Shown here: one piece after another, positions 42,101-52,601 of the stretch
Numbering within the stretch: position 1 is the stretch's first letter
Layout: every line of letters begins with the position of its first letter
Origin: Octopus vulgaris
Lineage: Eukaryota
Direction: 5' to 3'
Assembly: GCA_951406725.2 (NCBI GenBank)
Contig: OX597822.1
Span: forward strand, 34,038,001 to 34,102,000
Length of the DNA: 64,000 bases
Position numbers and translations under genes: made by a program
Notes under the pieces: generated by a model
Databases searched by the model: none
What the model saw: only the letters and a program-made list of their open reading frames with translations
What the model was told of the DNA's origin: nothing

Positions 42101-45073
42101 TGACAACTTTCATTAATGAAAATACCTGACTTTTTTTTCAGGATTTGGGAACACCAAATGAAAAAATCTGGCCTGGTGTTAGTGAACTGCCTGTGTTTCG
42201 CAAAGTCAACTTTGGGGAATATACCTACAACAAGCTACGTGTACGTTTTGGATCCTACCTCACAGATTTGGGATTTGATCTCCTTAACAAGTAAGTAGTT
42301 CTCTGCTTTTTTTGTCATTAGCTGTTCATATATGTGGTTCTGCATGGATTAACTGGGTGCTTTGAATTCATCATCATCTGAGTTTTACATTTATTTATTT
42401 TTTTCATGGCTCAGTGGTTAGAGTGTGGAGCCCACAATCATGATAAAACAGTGACTGAAACAAATAACAGATAAAAGATATCTAGTGTTGTGCCTGTTTT
42501 ACAGTGTGACCTGGGTGCCATTTATCAAACCACCAACAGCATTAGAGAGGTTGTCTCATGAGAAGACCTAAAGAATCCTCTCTACTCTGCATCAATTCTT
42601 ACTTGGGTCTTCCTGCATAGATCGGCAACCCATGTTGTGGCTTGTGGAGTCCACATCTCATTCATGCATTTCATTATTTCTGCCCTTCTTTATCACCAAC
42701 TAATTTACAGAGTGTATATAGGTGCAGGCACAGTTGTGTGGTTAAAAAGCTGGCTTCCCAACAACATGATTCTGGGTTCAGTCCCACTGTGTAGCATTTT
42801 GGGTAAATGTCTTCTGCTATAGCCTTGTGAGTGGATTTGGTAGACTGAAACTGAAAGAAACCTCTCATCTGTGTTTTGCATGCATGTGTGTGTTTGTGTC
42901 TCCATGTCTAGACATCACATGTGCATCATTGTCATACAAGTGAGGTTGTTCATTGGCTTTGGTGAAATATAACTTTGCTTGGGAACAGATATGGGTTTGC
43001 TCTAGAAAATCTGCCTCAACAAGTTTCATCTGGCCTGTGCAAGCATAGAAAAGTGTATGTTAAATGATGATTATAAATGATGGTGGTGGCAGTGGAGATG
43101 GTGTGTGTTGTGTGTCTCCTAGTTATGACTGTCTATTAACTAAATTCAACATAGTTCTTTTTGTGTAGCAGCAAATACCAAGATGTTCTTTCTCTCTCCG
43201 TGTTTCTAATCTTAAGTGTTTGCTGTGTTTTTCTTTCTAGATTTCTCACGTTTGATCCTTCCAAAAGAATAACAGCTGAAGAAGCCAAATCTCATGAATA
43301 TTTCAAGGAATCGCCAGCCCCTGTAAGTCCTTCGATGTTTCCGACATGGCCAGCTAAAAGTGAGCAACCACGTAAACATGGTAACTCCCCAAAACCGCCA
43401 TCTGGTGGCAAGGCATATGCCAAGTTAATTGTAAGTGTTTTTTCATAAAGTTCATTTGTTGGATTTCCATGTCAGTCTTAATGTATGTTCTACATTATAA
43501 AACAACTTCCACAAACACTAGTTCTCATGGTTTATTTATTAAGGCTTTATTAATACCATTCCCATGCTGTTTTTCATGTAAAAAGCACAGTTGCTGGCGT
43601 TACATGAGAAGGCACCTGTGCTGTTGCCACATACAAAAGGCACCTTTGCTGGCACCTCATACAAAAAGAACCTGTGCTGGCTCCACATAAAAAAAGAACC
43701 TTTGCTGGCACCACATACAAAAAGAACCTGTGCTGGTGCCACATAAAAAACGCAACTGCAAAAGGACACTTGTGCTGGCATCATGTACAAAAGCATTCAT
43801 GTTGGCACCACATGAAAAGATCACCCGAGGTGGTGCCACGTAAAAGCACCTATGCCGGCCCCTTGTGTAAAGCATCCTGTACACTTTGTAAAGTGGTTGG
43901 TATTAGGAAGCACATCCAGTCATAGAGACCTTGCAAAACAGACGACTGGTGCCTGCTGCAGCCCTCCAGTTTGCCAGCCCATGCAAACATGGAGAATGGA
44001 TTTTAAATGATGATATTTCATTGTACTCAAATAGGTGTAGGTTTGTTTACACCGCTAAGTAATAAAAGTTATTGTTTTTACATGGGTGTAAGGTCTTAAA
44101 TGTATACAATGGGCCCAGTGTGAATTAAATCAATCCCAATATATTATTATTATTATTTATCTGAAACAGGCATGGCCCTGTGGTTAAAATGCCCACTTTG
44201 CAACCACAGAGTTTTGGGTTCAGTCCCACTGCATGGCATCTTGGGCAAGTGTCTTTAAGTATAACCCCGGACTAACCAACACCCTGTGAGTGCATTTGGT
44301 AGACAGAAACTGTGTTGATCATTGTGTGTGTGTGTGTGTATCTTAGCTTTATGCCTCATCTTTCTAGAATCAACACACAAATTGCAGCTTGGTATATTGC
44401 CCCTACCCTAAAAATCTATGCATCTTTATTCTGCCCACATCCTAAATGCTTGTAAGCTTTTGTATTCTGTCTCTGTGTTAAATGAGTATGGCCTTGTGCT
44501 GAAATAAGTAGATATTACTTTTTGATGGGTCCTGGCATGGCTGTGTGTTTAGGAAGTTTACTTTGCCTAATCACATAGTTCCGGGTTCAATCTCTCTGTG
44601 CAGCACCTTAGACAATTATTTCCTGTTTTAGTCTCAGGTTGATTTGAGTCTTGTGAGTAAAATTAGCTGGACACATAAACTGTACAGAAACCTGTTAATT
44701 TGTTTATGTTTGATCTGCTTGTCATAGATTGATAGACCTGATCCATCACCCTGTTTAACACAATCACCTGGCACTTGGGCAGGCGCCTTGAGTGGGGCCC
44801 ATTCTATTGCAGGCCTTCAGTTGGGCTCTGATCTAACAATATTTTGAGTTTCTTTTCTGTTTCCTTCCTACTGAAAGTAGCCTATGAATTGCAGTTTTTT
44901 TTTATTCTTCACTTTCTCTCACCACCCTGCCATAAAAAAAAAAAATGTATTATTTCCTTTTTATTTTGCAGGAAGAAGGCTGTGATGAGGCTGCTATTCC
45001 TGGAGGGTTCCACATGGCGACTGCAGCGAAAGGTGTATCAGCTGTTGGGCCTGGCTTCAGTCTCAAGTTCTAA
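15933..45073 (+). CDS. CDK11: Cyclin-dependent kinase 11 (PITSLRE), 5'-partial; join(15933-16063,16567-16704,18452-18610,20802-20900,26871-27119,28759-28880,29984-30089,31379-31500,32115-32222,36369-36485,42142-42290,43241-43430,44972-45073)
   Basis: 13 GT-AG exons with matching phases sum to 1792 nt (1 nt + 597 codons including TAA). Motifs: [59 protein letters not shown] and the CDK11-type C-terminus GPGFSLKF*. Arg/Glu-rich and Ser/acidic N-terminal region. Confidence 0.97.
16306..16480 (-). mobile_element. Penelope-like short repeat carrying a hammerhead-like motif (16374-16419)
   Basis: Minus strand reads GACAC-CUGAUGA-a-GGCUGG...UCAGCC-aAAA-CGUU-GUGUU, with G12 replaced by A. Confidence 0.5.
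16567..16704 (+). CDS. CDK11: CDK11 exon, RS-rich ([23 protein letters not shown]...RKRSPDEQ)
   Basis: ttgtag acceptor, C|gtatgt donor, phase 1-1, 138 nt. Confidence 0.85.
17323..17750 (-). mobile_element. (ATG)n-tailed RTE 3'UTR-derived repeat (family C) with 62-bp tandem units; other copies at about 1-450, 7763-8075, 14040-14253, 16112-16305, 22875-23070, 36665-37010, 40380-40847, 43570-44015
   Basis: Conserved ...gttaggaagggcatccagc...ccaacccatgctagcatggaaa...(atg)n; gtgcttttta recurs at 17541, 17603 and 17665. Confidence 0.8.
17792..18316. mobile_element. Tc1/mariner-superfamily (pogo/Tc2-like) MITE
   Basis: Perfect 19-bp TIR CCGTAAATCCTCGAGTATA, TA on both sides, subterminal tgcgtattatac repeats. 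Confidence 0.88.
18452..18610 (+). CDS. CDK11: CDK11 exon, acidic/Ser-Pro region ([15 protein letters not shown]...HSDSES)
   Basis: ttcacag acceptor, G|gtaagc donor, phase 1-1, 159 nt, open in frame. Confidence 0.8.
19030..20380 (-). mobile_element. Cluster of co-oriented family-A SINEs plus a family-D SINE (about 19513-19820)
   Basis: Repeated gcacaaggcctgaaattt...gatgaaaggcaaagttgacc...tctgccagc units with (AAT)n spacers. Confidence 0.8.
20388..20753 (-). mobile_element. Helentron-associated (HINE/DINE-1-like) element
   Basis: Minus strand: ATTACCTCCGCC subTIR + short inverted repeat, (TGTT)n microsatellite, distal GGTGGAGGT subTIR, terminal stem-loop ctctctgagag. Confidence 0.65.
20802..20900 (+). 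CDS. CDK11: CDK11 exon, Ser-rich ([16 protein letters not shown]...KYH)
   Basis: attattag acceptor, C|gtaagt donor, phase 1-1, 99 nt. Confidence 0.8.
21768..22088 (+). mobile_element. tRNA-derived SINE family D; related heads at 35627-35950(+) and 650-890(-)
   Basis: tggcttagtggttaggg...gagttcaaatcc head and ttgtgtccttaagcaagacactt core; inverted copy at 19513-19820. Confidence 0.75.
23205..24560 (-). mobile_element. Decayed RTE-clade LINE ORF2 fragment
   Basis: [10 protein letters not shown] (like LYGSETW) and [14 protein letters not shown] near the 3' end; many stops and frameshifts. Confidence 0.65.
26871..27119 (+). CDS. CDK11: CDK11 exon, start of kinase domain (PKSKFD...[36 protein letters not shown])
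   Basis: Long polypyrimidine tract + tag, G|gtaaac donor, phase 1-1. Contains the glycine-rich loop. Confidence 0.96.
27278..27845 (+). mobile_element. piggyBac-type MITE family 2 with an inserted RTE 3' fragment (about 27296-27620)
   Basis: TTAA|CTCTTTAGCATT...TGCTAAAGGG|TTAA. Confidence 0.8.
28759..28880 (+). CDS. CDK11: CDK11 exon ([41 protein letters not shown])
   Basis: PITSLRE helix, ttttag acceptor, gtaagt donor. Confidence 0.98.
28964..29191 (-). mobile_element. Young family-A SINE
   Basis: CpG-retaining copy; 8-bp TSD gcaccacc at 28956-28963 and 29192-29199. Confidence 0.85.
29590..29830 (+). mobile_element. Mariner transposase remnant
   Basis: [30 protein letters not shown], similar to HPPYSPDLAPSDYHLF. 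Confidence 0.7.
29984..30089 (+). CDS. CDK11: CDK11 exon ([35 protein letters not shown])
   Basis: tttacag acceptor, G|gtgagg donor, hinge region. Confidence 0.97.
30372..30929 (+). mobile_element. piggyBac-type MITE family 2 with an inserted RTE-tail repeat (about 30430-30760)
   Basis: CCCTTTAGCATT...AATGCTAAAGGT|TTAA. Confidence 0.75.
31379..31500 (+). CDS. CDK11: CDK11 exon ([11 protein letters not shown]...[18 protein letters not shown])
   Basis: Catalytic loop, tttacag acceptor, gttagt donor. Confidence 0.98.
32115..32222 (+). CDS. CDK11: CDK11 exon ([36 protein letters not shown])
   Basis: DFG, T-loop and APE; taag acceptor, gttagt donor, phase 0-0. Confidence 0.98.
33128..33610. mobile_element. 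Penelope-like (pLTR-type) remnant with long inverted repeats, embedded in (TA)n/(CA)n
   Basis: About 75-bp inverted arms 33180-33257 / 33383-33455 around the hammerhead-like motif; second inverted repeat aaaattataaattag/ctaatttataatttt. Confidence 0.45.
33284..33322 (-). ncRNA. Degenerate minimal hammerhead-like motif (U3-A8) in a Penelope-like remnant
   Basis: Minus strand reads GAUAU-UUGAUAA-gaagagauucauu-GAAA-CCGGUA^AUAUU. Stem II is imperfect. Confidence 0.45.
34594..34825 (+). mobile_element. Young family-A SINE
   Basis: Near reverse complement of 28964-29191. Confidence 0.85.
34831..35140. repeat. Foldback palindrome (132-bp arms) with a 46-bp internal tandem duplication
   Basis: 34831-34962 is the reverse complement of 35009-35140 with few mismatches; the apex ttcgaa occurs twice. 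Confidence 0.9.
36030..36298 (+). mobile_element. RTE LINE ORF2 C-terminus and start of 3'UTR
   Basis: [14 protein letters not shown]...DLW.YAVFEKT followed by the 3'UTR motif shared with the (ATG)n-tailed repeats. Confidence 0.6.
36369..36485 (+). CDS. CDK11: CDK11 exon ([18 protein letters not shown]...[13 protein letters not shown])
   Basis: Subdomain IX DMWSVGC; ttgcag acceptor, gtaagt donor. Confidence 0.97.
36590..37430 (-). mobile_element. Mariner (DD34D-type) remnant interrupted by an RTE-tail repeat
   Basis: [27 protein letters not shown]...WDQCIVV; TIR-like tacaaggtggtatcaaaaagttccaggact at about 36590. Confidence 0.75.
37517..38362 (-). mobile_element. piggyBac-type MITE family 2 hosting nested RTE-tail repeat and CR1
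   Basis: TTAA at 37513-37516 and 38363-38366; the two halves match the family-2 internal sequence in reverse. Confidence 0.75.
37763..38183 (-). mobile_element. 5'-truncated CR1-clade LINE 3' end with (TAAC)n tail
   Basis: Uninterrupted [24 protein letters not shown]...RGHSEKL...[13 protein letters not shown]...FKASLD, the typical CR1 ORF2 C-terminus; (GTTA)n at 37763-37786. Confidence 0.9.
39381..39593 (+). mobile_element. piggyBac-type MITE, family 2, uninterrupted copy
   Basis: CCCTTTAACATTCAGATT...AACACTGAAGGG; internal sequence shared with the copies at 27278, 30372 and 37517. Confidence 0.7.
40958..41262. mobile_element. hAT MITE, same family as 11617-11844, opposite orientation
   Basis: TIR CAGTGCTACTCAA / TTGAGAAGCACTG; perfect 8-bp TSD TTTTAGCT. 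Confidence 0.9.
41670..41990 (-). mobile_element. Decayed RTE-like LINE 3' fragment
   Basis: Degenerate ORF2 C-terminal-like translation on the minus strand. Confidence 0.35.
42142..42290 (+). CDS. CDK11: CDK11 exon ([17 protein letters not shown]...GFDLLN)
   Basis: ttttcag acceptor, AA|gtaagt donor, phase 0 to 2. This frame is not shown in the ORF track. Confidence 0.96.
43241..43430 (+). CDS. CDK11: CDK11 exon ([15 protein letters not shown]...[11 protein letters not shown]...[15 protein letters not shown])
   Basis: ttctag acceptor, gtaagt donor, phase 2 to 0. Confidence 0.96.
43578..43885 (+). repeat. Degenerate ~28-bp tandem array (aaaaagaacctgtgctggcaccacatac) at the 5' side of a family-C repeat
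   Basis: About 11 imperfect units running directly into the family-C conserved tail. Confidence 0.8.
44972..45073 (+). CDS. CDK11: CDK11 last coding exon ([33 protein letters not shown])
   Basis: ttttgcag acceptor, TAA at 45071-45073, conserved GPGFSLKF terminus. Confidence 0.95.
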   Translation, partial: EEGCDEAAIPGGFHMATAAKGVSAVGPGFSLKF

Positions 45074-45300
45074 ATCTGCTAACTATTCTATGCATCTTCA
45101 TATTTCATTATTGCATTCTCCAAAAATGTTTCTGAGATTTTTCTCAAAGACATCTTATCATCTTTGTCCTTCTTGTCATCCATTCTTTGACCATCTTTTT
45201 TTTTTTTTGTATTCATCCATCTTCTTTATCCACTCTTATATTCACCATATTGGTTGAGTTTTCAATATTTGTATCATATTAAAGAATTATGAAAAATATT

Positions 45301-45310
45301 ATTAAATAAA
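45301..45310 (+). terminator. Probable CDK11 polyadenylation signal (overlapping ATTAAA/AATAAA)
   Basis: attaaataaa about 230 nt after the stop codon, followed by GT/T-rich sequence (ttttgtaatcctgtgtctgtttttg). Confidence 0.6.
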
Positions 45311-46475
45311 TAATGGCATTTTGTAATCCTGTGTCTGTTTTTGATCATATTTTATATATTAGCTTTGTCAAGCATGGCTGTATGGTGAAAAAGTTCACTT
45401 AATTGTGCTTTCGGGTTCCCTGGCCCAGCCAAAACCTTTATAAGAAGATTTGGTTGATGGAAACTAAAAGAAACCTGCTGCATGTGTGTGACGTGATGAT
45501 GCTATGTATAAAGCACTCGATACATTCTGTAAAGTGGTTGGTGGTAGGAAGGGTATCTAGCTGTAGAAACCAAGCAGAAACACTATAGAACCTGTTGGGC
45601 CCCTTTGTCTTGTCAGCTCTTGTCAAGCTGTCCAACCCATGCCAGCATTGAAAACGAACGTTGAATAATAATGATGATGATGTCAATTTGTAATTCCTTA
45701 CATCTTCACATGTGTGCTCTGGTTTGAAAGAAAATAGTCTCATTTGCTGGCAGTTCACTGCATAACAATGTTTAGGTTGTTTGTTGTTCAATATACAGGG
45801 AAATTATTACCTCGCTTGGAAGCCACACGCACACACACACATGCGTCGGGATTCTTTCAGTTTCCGTCTACCAAATTCACTCAGAATACTTTGGTTGGCC
45901 CGGGATTTGTGCAAGTGAGAATTGAACCCGGAATCAGATGGTTGGAAAGCAAGCTTCTTAACTACTTACCCTGCTGGCAAAGATCAGCCCATTAATGATG
46001 ATACTTGTACGCGCGCACACACACACAGGAGCACATGAATGCCTGTAGTTATGTAGGTATCTCAGTTGCTATATCCATTTATCGTTTCTTGCTTTTTTTA
46101 TATATATAAGTAGGTATCAGCATTTCGCATGAAGCTGGTCTGGTTGTATATTGTGTTATTAAAAAGTTCGTATTCCGCTGAGGTCGACTTTGCCTTTCAA
46201 CCTTTCAGGGTCGATTAAATAAGTACCAGTTACACACTGGGGTTGATGTAATAGACTTAATCCCTTTGTCTGTCCTTGTTTAGCCCCTTGTAAGCTAAAT
46301 AAAGAAATAAATATTGTATAATTAAAACGTTCATTTTGCAAACACGTGGATTTGGGTTTGCATGGTTCGGGTTCCACTGTATGTTACCTTGGGCTAGAGA
46401 CTTCCACAATAGACCTGAGGTGACCAAAGCCATGTGAGTCGATTTGGTAGACAGAAAGTGAAAGAAGCCTGTTGC

Positions 46476-46511
<36 letters not shown>

Positions 46512-46732
46512 ATTAGAAGGTTTGGAGGTGATGTACAGGTATTATATATTAGAAAAAATAAGGTACTCAGAAATCTGGTTGGTTGTGCATTTACAGATTT
46601 GTATTAATATGTCACATGTTTTTCTAATATATATATGTGTGTATATATATATATATGTATGTATGTATATGTATATATATATATGTATGTATATGTATAT
46701 ATATATGTATATATATATATATGTATGTATAT

Positions 46733-48007
46733 ATGATGGGATGGAGGCTTGGGTCAATGTTGGTGGTGCCATGGCGGGACCCATTCCTGTAGAGAATGGT
46801 GTTAAGCAAGATGACATCCTTGCCCCAACTCTCTTTTCTTTGTACTTTGCTGCTACTTTTACTCATGTTTTGCTAAGGTTAGCTCTCTGGGAATATGTCA
46901 GATATCGATCTTCTGGCCGCCTCTTTAATCTTCGCCGATTTGCTGCCAATTCAAAGGTTTCCCAGTCTATTATTCGTGACCTCCTTTATGCAGATGACTG
47001 TGACTTTGTCACTCATACAGTGGATGACATGCAAATACTCATGAATTGCATTTCTGCTTCTTGCAGGGCATTTGGACTCAGCATTAGCCTGGACAAGACT
47101 GTTGTAATGTTCCAGCCTGCACCAGGAAATCCATATATAGAACCAGCTATCTTGGTTGAAGGAACAATTCTGAAGGTAGTAGACAAGTTTGTCTACCTGG
47201 GCAGTACACTCAGCCGTTCTTGCTCCCTGGATGAGGAAATATCTTTCAGGTTGCAGAGAGCAACTAATTCCTTCCGGTCTCTTCAGTCTCGTGTCTGGTC
47301 CCAACATGGCATCGCAAGGAGAACAAAAGTTGCTGTGTACCGTGCTTGTGTACTGACATCGCTTCTCTACTCATGTGAGACATGGACTCTGTACAAACGT
47401 CAGGTAAGGATCCTTGAACGTTTTCATCAGAGATGTCTCAGACACATTCTCAATGTTGGCTGAACCTCAAAAATTCCAGACAGACAGATCCTGAGGACAG
47501 CTGATATCTTGAGTATTGAGGCGATGGTACACAAGCACCGGTTGCGTTGGACTGGACACCTTATTAGAATGGAGGATAGAAGGATTCCTAAGCAGATGCT
47601 CTATGGAGAACTTGTGAATGGAAGGAGACTCCGGCAGAAACCAAGGCTGCGATTTAAGGACTGTGTCAAGTCCTCGTTAAAGGCCTTTGATATGCAGGAC
47701 ACTGACTGGGAGAACAATGCCTGTCATCGCCACAGATGGAGGAAGCAGGTTAAGGAGGGGATCGACACTTTTGAGAGAGCACGTATCCAGCATGAAGAAC
47801 TTAAGCGAGCTGCGCGAAAGCGCACGGCTCGTATAGTGAATGGGGAAAGCTTGGTCTGCAATGTTTGCAGTCGTGTATGCTTGTCAAGAGCAGGGCTCAT
47901 TAGCCACCAACGGAGCCGCAATTGCAAAATATAAGTTAGTCCTAGAGCGCACAATGTTCCTGAAGGTCGGCAATGGTCTTCCTCGGTCACGAGTGCACGG
48001 CCATCAT
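46733..48007 (+). mobile_element. 5'-truncated RTE-clade (BovB-like) LINE, RT and C-terminal region
   Basis: [57 protein letters not shown] and terminal CNVC..H motif. One in-frame TGA at 47461-47463 joins ORFs 46498.. and 47509.. Confidence 0.92.
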
Positions 48008-48504
48008 GTGTGTGTATGTATGTATATATATGTGTGTGTGCGTGTATTGGCAGTGGCCCAGTATGGCCACAGCCTTAATGCTTAAACATATAAAAGAATA
48101 TACATACACATACGCACGCGCGCGCATACACACACACACACACACACACACTAATATATTATTTCATCCACATTAAAAGTCTCATTCATGGGCAGCACTA
48201 TATGTGCGTCTGTGTATTGTGTATCTGTGTGTGTACACACACACACACACACACACATACATATATATATGTGTGTATACACACGTGTATGTATATATAT
48301 ATTTATGTGTGCGTGTGTGTACATAGAGGCGTGTGTGGTGTCACATTCCTAATTCCAGACAACTATGAAATGAAAAGACGTATCACGTTTAAATATTGTC
48401 TCTGGTAAAACAGGTAAGCTGAAAGATTGTGAAAGTATATACGTGGATATATTACATATACACACATACTCGTATGATGCTGGATGTATACTTGTGTATG
48501 TATG

Positions 48505-48554
<50 letters not shown>

Positions 48555-49159
48555 CTTTAAAGCAGCAGAAAATTCAACAAAATCTGTTACTCTGAGTTTC
48601 TCGTTGCCGTTCATCAGACAGTTTTTGCTAGAATATATATATATATATATACATATATATACACGCACATACACACACAAATACACATTTGTATATGTGT
48701 GGAAACTAAAGGATGAGTAGACATAATATAATTACATATATATGATTTCCGTTATTTTTCCCAAGCCACTGGATTCAAATTATAAGATTAAGAGAAGCAA
48801 TGTTTAAATAAAATGTTATAGGGAAATATCTCATGCATGTGTTCGTTTTTATGAAGGCATTCGAATGACTCACCTATATCGTATGGGATACGAGAATAGC
48901 GTTTCGCTGATATTAAATGATATGTTAGACACTTATCGTATGTAAATTCGTAGTACCAGTTCGCTGAAGCTGCTGGATATGCTGTGTTTATTTATAGACT
49001 GGCTGCTTGTTTCTTTGGGATGAGTTCAGTGATATAGACGCCTGATGAGACCTCAATAAGGAGCGAAAATCGAAACGAGTTCTTTCACGTTCTCTCGAAG
49101 CTTCTATATTTCTATGACATTATGTGTGTGCGTGCGTATACTTGCTTGTCAAGAAGAAG

Positions 49160-50295
49160 GAGCTCCACCATCGTGAGACCGATATTTTTAAGTGGAAAGA
49201 CAAGAGCAAGGAGGCAGTTCCAGAGGCTGGACATTCTAGAAGAGGACTGGGTATAGAGATTATTTACCGGACCTGGCGGGATTAGACAACAAGGGTGATG
49301 AGAAGAGAAAATATCAGTAGGCTGGTAACGACGTGAATGAAGGTCACAGTAGCCCGTCAGAACAGAGGGAAAACGGTCATTATAATTGTTGTAGAAAAAA
49401 TAGAGAGAAGAGACAGTGCGCCTGTGGTTCAAGGGCTGGAGCGCTTATGTGAGTGACTTTATCCCGGTTAGTTAAGTAGTTCTTTTCTGAATGTAATATA
49501 AGGTGTCTGTCTGTGTGTCACTAACATGATCCCGAATGAGAGAATAAACTCTTAGGTGAGGTGGGAATCACTTAAGCTTTGCAGATTATTAAAAAACTGT
49601 CAGAGACTGAAGCATTTTCTAGTTCTGAAGAGGACTGGTCGTTGGGATACGGTCTTATTTGTGCTGAGGATGTACTTTCTCCAGGACAAATGCTTGACGA
49701 TAGTGAAGCCCAAAGTTTGGTGCGATTGTGAGGGATCTTGTTGTATGTTGCTCATGGTTAAAGGTGTGTGGTATGAGAATGTTTTCTTGATATGTGGAAA
49801 CCTTGTGGTTTCTTGCCGTTGAAAGTGACGAAATTGATATTTTCCCTTTGGAGGATGCTTTAAAGGCCTGTGTTCGTATAAACCGGTGCGAGTTCGGCGT
49901 ATATGTCTAGGTTATACGGTTAGAGAAGAATCAAGGATAGCATGTCGATCAGTGATTCCCAAAGTGGGCGATATTGCCCATCTAGGGGCGGCGGAAAGAG
50001 CCAGAGGGATGCATTGAAGAATTGGGGCGATAATGGTGTATTCAAAAGAGGGCAATGGATGTGAAAAACAACTAAATTATGCGTTAATCAGGATAAGTTT
50101 TATTTGTGAAATACAGTTGTCTTAAATTTATTGCAGAAAGTGGTCTATGTCTGTGGTGAGTGGAGGAGGAGTGCTAGGTATGTGGATTCGGTGTCCAGGG
50201 GGCAGCAGCATGAAGACGCTTGGGAACCACTGATGTAGATCATTGATGTTTAGAAGGAAGAATATAGGGCACGAACCCAAACCTTGTAACATGAA
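49160..50295 (-). mobile_element. Decayed L2/CR1/Jockey-group LINE RT-to-3' fragment, interrupted by a hAT MITE
   Basis: LQGLGSCPIFFLLNINDL (like PQGSVLGPLLFLIYINDL), a degenerate YAE in place of YADD, and C-terminal HRRTVSSLYFFY...SSLWNCL. Confidence 0.7.
49950..50232. mobile_element. hAT MITE inserted in a LINE RT domain
   Basis: TIR CAGTGATTCCCAA / TTGGGAACCACTG; TSD ATGTCGAT / ATGTAGAT (7 of 8 match). Confidence 0.85.
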
Positions 50296-50904
50296 GAAAA
50301 CAGCATAGCATTTTTCCCGATGCTCTGACGATTCTGCCAACTCATCATCCTTTCTACTCTGGGCGCAAGACTTGAAATTTGGCGCAAATTGATTACATCG
50401 ACCCCAGTGCTTAACTGCTAGTTATTTTAGCGACCTCGAAAAGATGAAAAACGAAGTTGACTTCGGCAGAATTTGAACTCAGAACGTACAGATGGACGGA
50501 ATTTTGCTACGCATTCCGTGCGGCCTGCGAACGATTCGGCAAGTCTGCAAGCCCGTCGTCTTACTAATAATGGTTTAAACTTTTATCACAAGGCCAGCAA
50601 TTGCAGGAGATGGTCTAAGTCGATTACATCGACCCCAGTGTTCAACTGGTACTTATTTTATCGACCCTGAAAGGATGAAAGGTAAAATCGACCTCGGCGG
50701 AATTTGAACACAGAACATGCAGACGAACGAAATGTCTCTAAGCGTTTTACCCGACGTGCTAACGGTTCTACCAGCTCGCTACTCTATATAATAATAGCAC
50801 AAGACGATACAAAGAGTTTTCCGCGTGTAACACAATAAAAATCAATAAGAATTAAACAATATGAAACTCCCAAAAGGGAATGTTATCATGTACATTGTTT
50901 TTGA

Positions 50905-51375
50905 CTTGGTATAAAAGATGGGCTACAGCAAATATTCTACTCAATACCACAGATTTGCCTGTCAGTTGCTTGTCCTTAACCAGTTGAGCACGTCCCTTAG
51001 TGGCTAACGATATGTGCATCTCTGATCACGAGCAGAAGTAGTTGGGGAACATCATTGCAATGCGTTGAGAGGAATTCTTTGGGATTTGGATAATTCACTT
51101 TTTGGAAACATGGGTGTTTCCAAAGGGTGCCTTATTCAGGGACCTTTTGAGCGGGATGGGCTACTCGACCTGAAGAAGATTCTAACTGGGCCCCACCTGC
51201 AAGGCCATGCGCTGTTTATCGAATATGAGATCACTATGTCAAGCCTATATGGCTGTGATGCATGTGCCTGATGTAGTCATGATGGGTATACTGGGCTTCG
51301 TATATTTTATCCCAATGTCACTTTGATGGCATGCACTGCTCTCTCACTCAATAATAATAATAATAATAATAATAA
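50905..51375 (+). mobile_element. Probable SINE/retroposon with (AAT)n tail
   Basis: Repeat-like body ending ctctctcactc(aat)n; family not assigned. Confidence 0.4.
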
Positions 51376-51744
51376 CTACAATAACAACAACAACAACGAA
51401 GATATTGATTTTCTTAATCAATTTTTTTAAAGGAAGTGATACGATGTAGGTGTGTGGATAGATTCTACAAATTATCTTGTAACTTTATTATGCTGACTGA
51501 TTGACCCTTTTCCTGCTACAACTCCCTTCCGTCACAAAACCCTTTCCCACAATTCCCTTCCCCTTGAAACTAATAATAACAGTAATAATAATGAAACTGT
51601 TAAGGTAGAAGCCCTGACTGGAATTCCACTCGGAATCAAAATCACGACGTAACTAAATACAGTAAACCATTTTAATCCTTTGTGGTTTTTGCCAACGTCA
51701 CATTCTTTCCGTCCCACTCTTTCTGAACACTATTCCTCTGAGTC

Positions 51745-51786
51745 AATATATAGATATGCGTGTATATATATATATATGTGTGTGTT

Positions 51787-51828
<42 letters not shown>

Positions 51829-52132
51829 CATACATATGTACATGCAAGTACAAGTATATATACATCAAAACATACATACTCACATACACACACATACATA
51901 TATATGTATGTATATATTTATATATATATATGTATGTATATATGTTTGTCTGTATATATATGTGTGTGTGTGTAGAGAGAGAGAGAGAGACGTATATAGG
52001 TATAGACAAACACATATATGCACATACATACGTACATGTATAAACATACAGAGGTGCGTACATGCATATATATATGCGCACTTCGATACATAAGCACATA
52101 CTATATAAGCATATATAATATATATGTATATG

Positions 52133-52165
<33 letters not shown>

Positions 52166-52178
52166 ATATATATACACG

Positions 52179-52222
<44 letters not shown>

Positions 52223-52339
52223 TACACACACACACATTTTGACATACGTTAAATTTCAAAACGGAGTGGAAAGATTAGTCAGAATTAAAAGGAATATCAA
52301 ACACCTACTGATATCCATTGCACGAGCAGCAACACTCCA

Positions 52340-52426
<87 letters not shown>

Positions 52427-52542
52427 CCATCCATCCATCCATCCATCCATCCATACATACATACATACATACATACATACATACATACATACATACACAC
52501 ATACAGACAGACAGATAGACAGACATGCACACACACACATAT

Positions 52543-52601
<59 letters not shown>

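Noticed and set aside
43578-43885. CRISPR-like array of ~28-bp units
   Set aside because: Units are contiguous and degenerate with no unique spacers, there are no cas genes, the context is a eukaryotic intron, and the array is part of an RTE-tail repeat.
46498-47934. 321-aa and 141-aa ORFs as a host gene
   Set aside because: They are one RTE LINE ORF broken by a stop; the apparent N-terminus is microsatellite.
49042-49082. Hammerhead-like CTGATGA...GAAAC on the + strand
   Set aside because: No convincing stem I or stem II; at best a heavily decayed remnant.
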